NCBI RefSeq assembly: GCF_021054785.1
Contig: NZ_CP088239.1
Coordinates: forward strand, 270,001-302,000
DNA length: 32,000 nucleotides
Source: Tannockella kyphosi
Lineage (GTDB): Bacteria > Bacillota_I > Bacilli_A > Erysipelotrichales > Coprobacillaceae
Direction: 5' to 3'
Shown here one piece after another: positions 31,700-32,000 of the stretch; within the stretch, counting starts at the first letter, position 1; each line of letters begins with the position of its first letter. The translations under genes were made by a program, and so were the position numbers. The notes under the pieces were generated by a model. It had not been told where the DNA came from. It did not search any database and was given only the letters and a program-made list of their open reading frames with translations.

Positions 31700-32000
31700 A
31701 TGCATATCGACACAAATAGTACGATACCTTATTATGAACAACTATATATTCAGTTTGTAGAATACATTAGCCAAGGTATTTTACAAGTAGATGATAAGTT
31801 ACCTTCCGTGCGTTCCTTGTCAAGTGAACTTCATGTCAATCCTAACACAATTCAAAAAACTTATGCGATGTTAGAAGAAGATGGTTATGTGATATCTCTT
31901 GCTGGAAAGGGAAGTTATGTTGGTGGAGTGAATAAAAAGGTCCAAAGTACAGTAGAAAAAGAAATTAATAATAATTTAAAACAGATTGTGATGAAATCAC
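31700..32000 (+). CDS. GntR-family (YtrA-like) transcriptional regulator, N-terminal 100 codons; continues beyond the window
   Basis: Hand translation from ATG 31700 (SD AAAGGAGGG) gives MHIDTNSTIPYYEQLYIQFVEYISQGILQVDDKLPSVRSLSSELHVNPNTIQKTYAMLEEDGYVISLAGKGSYV. This is the GntR winged-helix signature. It is not in the ORF track because it has no in-window stop. Confidence 0.85.
   Translation, partial: MHIDTNSTIPYYEQLYIQFVEYISQGILQVDDKLPSVRSLSSELHVNPNTIQKTYAMLEEDGYVISLAGKGSYVGGVNKKVQSTVEKEINNNLKQIVMKS

Noticed and set aside
1-32000. CRISPR arrays, tRNA/rRNA genes, transposases, integrases, prophage or toxin-antitoxin modules
   Set aside because: Every intergenic gap is short (under about 390 nt) and is accounted for by promoters, terminators or the T-box. 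I saw no spaced direct-repeat arrays, no cloverleaf-like sequences and no mobile-element gene signatures.

Overview
AT-rich (roughly one-third G+C by eye) chromosomal segment of a low-GC Gram-positive bacterium (Bacillota; Erysipelotrichia/Clostridia-like in style, not assignable further without a database search). All calls come from hand translation and motif recognition; no BLAST or HMM search was possible. I count 32 protein genes, mostly housekeeping. Left to right: addB/rexB (edge-truncated and absent from the ORF track), nadE, an Mrr-like membrane nuclease-fold protein, a GNAT, DUF1003, ydjC/chbG, aroE-rdgB-trmL-lit-like, an Fe-ADH, perR-rubrerythrin, a ylbJ-like membrane protein, hflX, argF-murE, argG-argH, an OmpR-type two-component system, VTC-domain/DUF4956/beta-helix lipoprotein, a T-box followed by argC-argJ-argB, a metallophosphoesterase, RNase J, degV and a partial gntR-family gene. 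I saw no rRNA, tRNA, CRISPR array, transposase or integrase. The most interesting region is 19.3-24.3 kb. There a two-component system and a VTC(triphosphate-tunnel)/DUF4956/surface lipoprotein operon share an identical 16-nt promoter motif at identical spacing from their -10 boxes. This block interrupts the arginine biosynthesis neighbourhood, and I propose it is a signal-controlled bacterial analogue of the eukaryotic VTC polyphosphate polymerase/translocase. Other notable points: an arginine-specific (CGC) T-box controls argCJB. A Shine-Dalgarno-led upstream ORF is out of frame with RNase J across A AAA AAC tracts. murE and argH converge, overlap, and each carries its terminator inside the other gene. 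Palindromic operators precede the perR and gntR-family genes.
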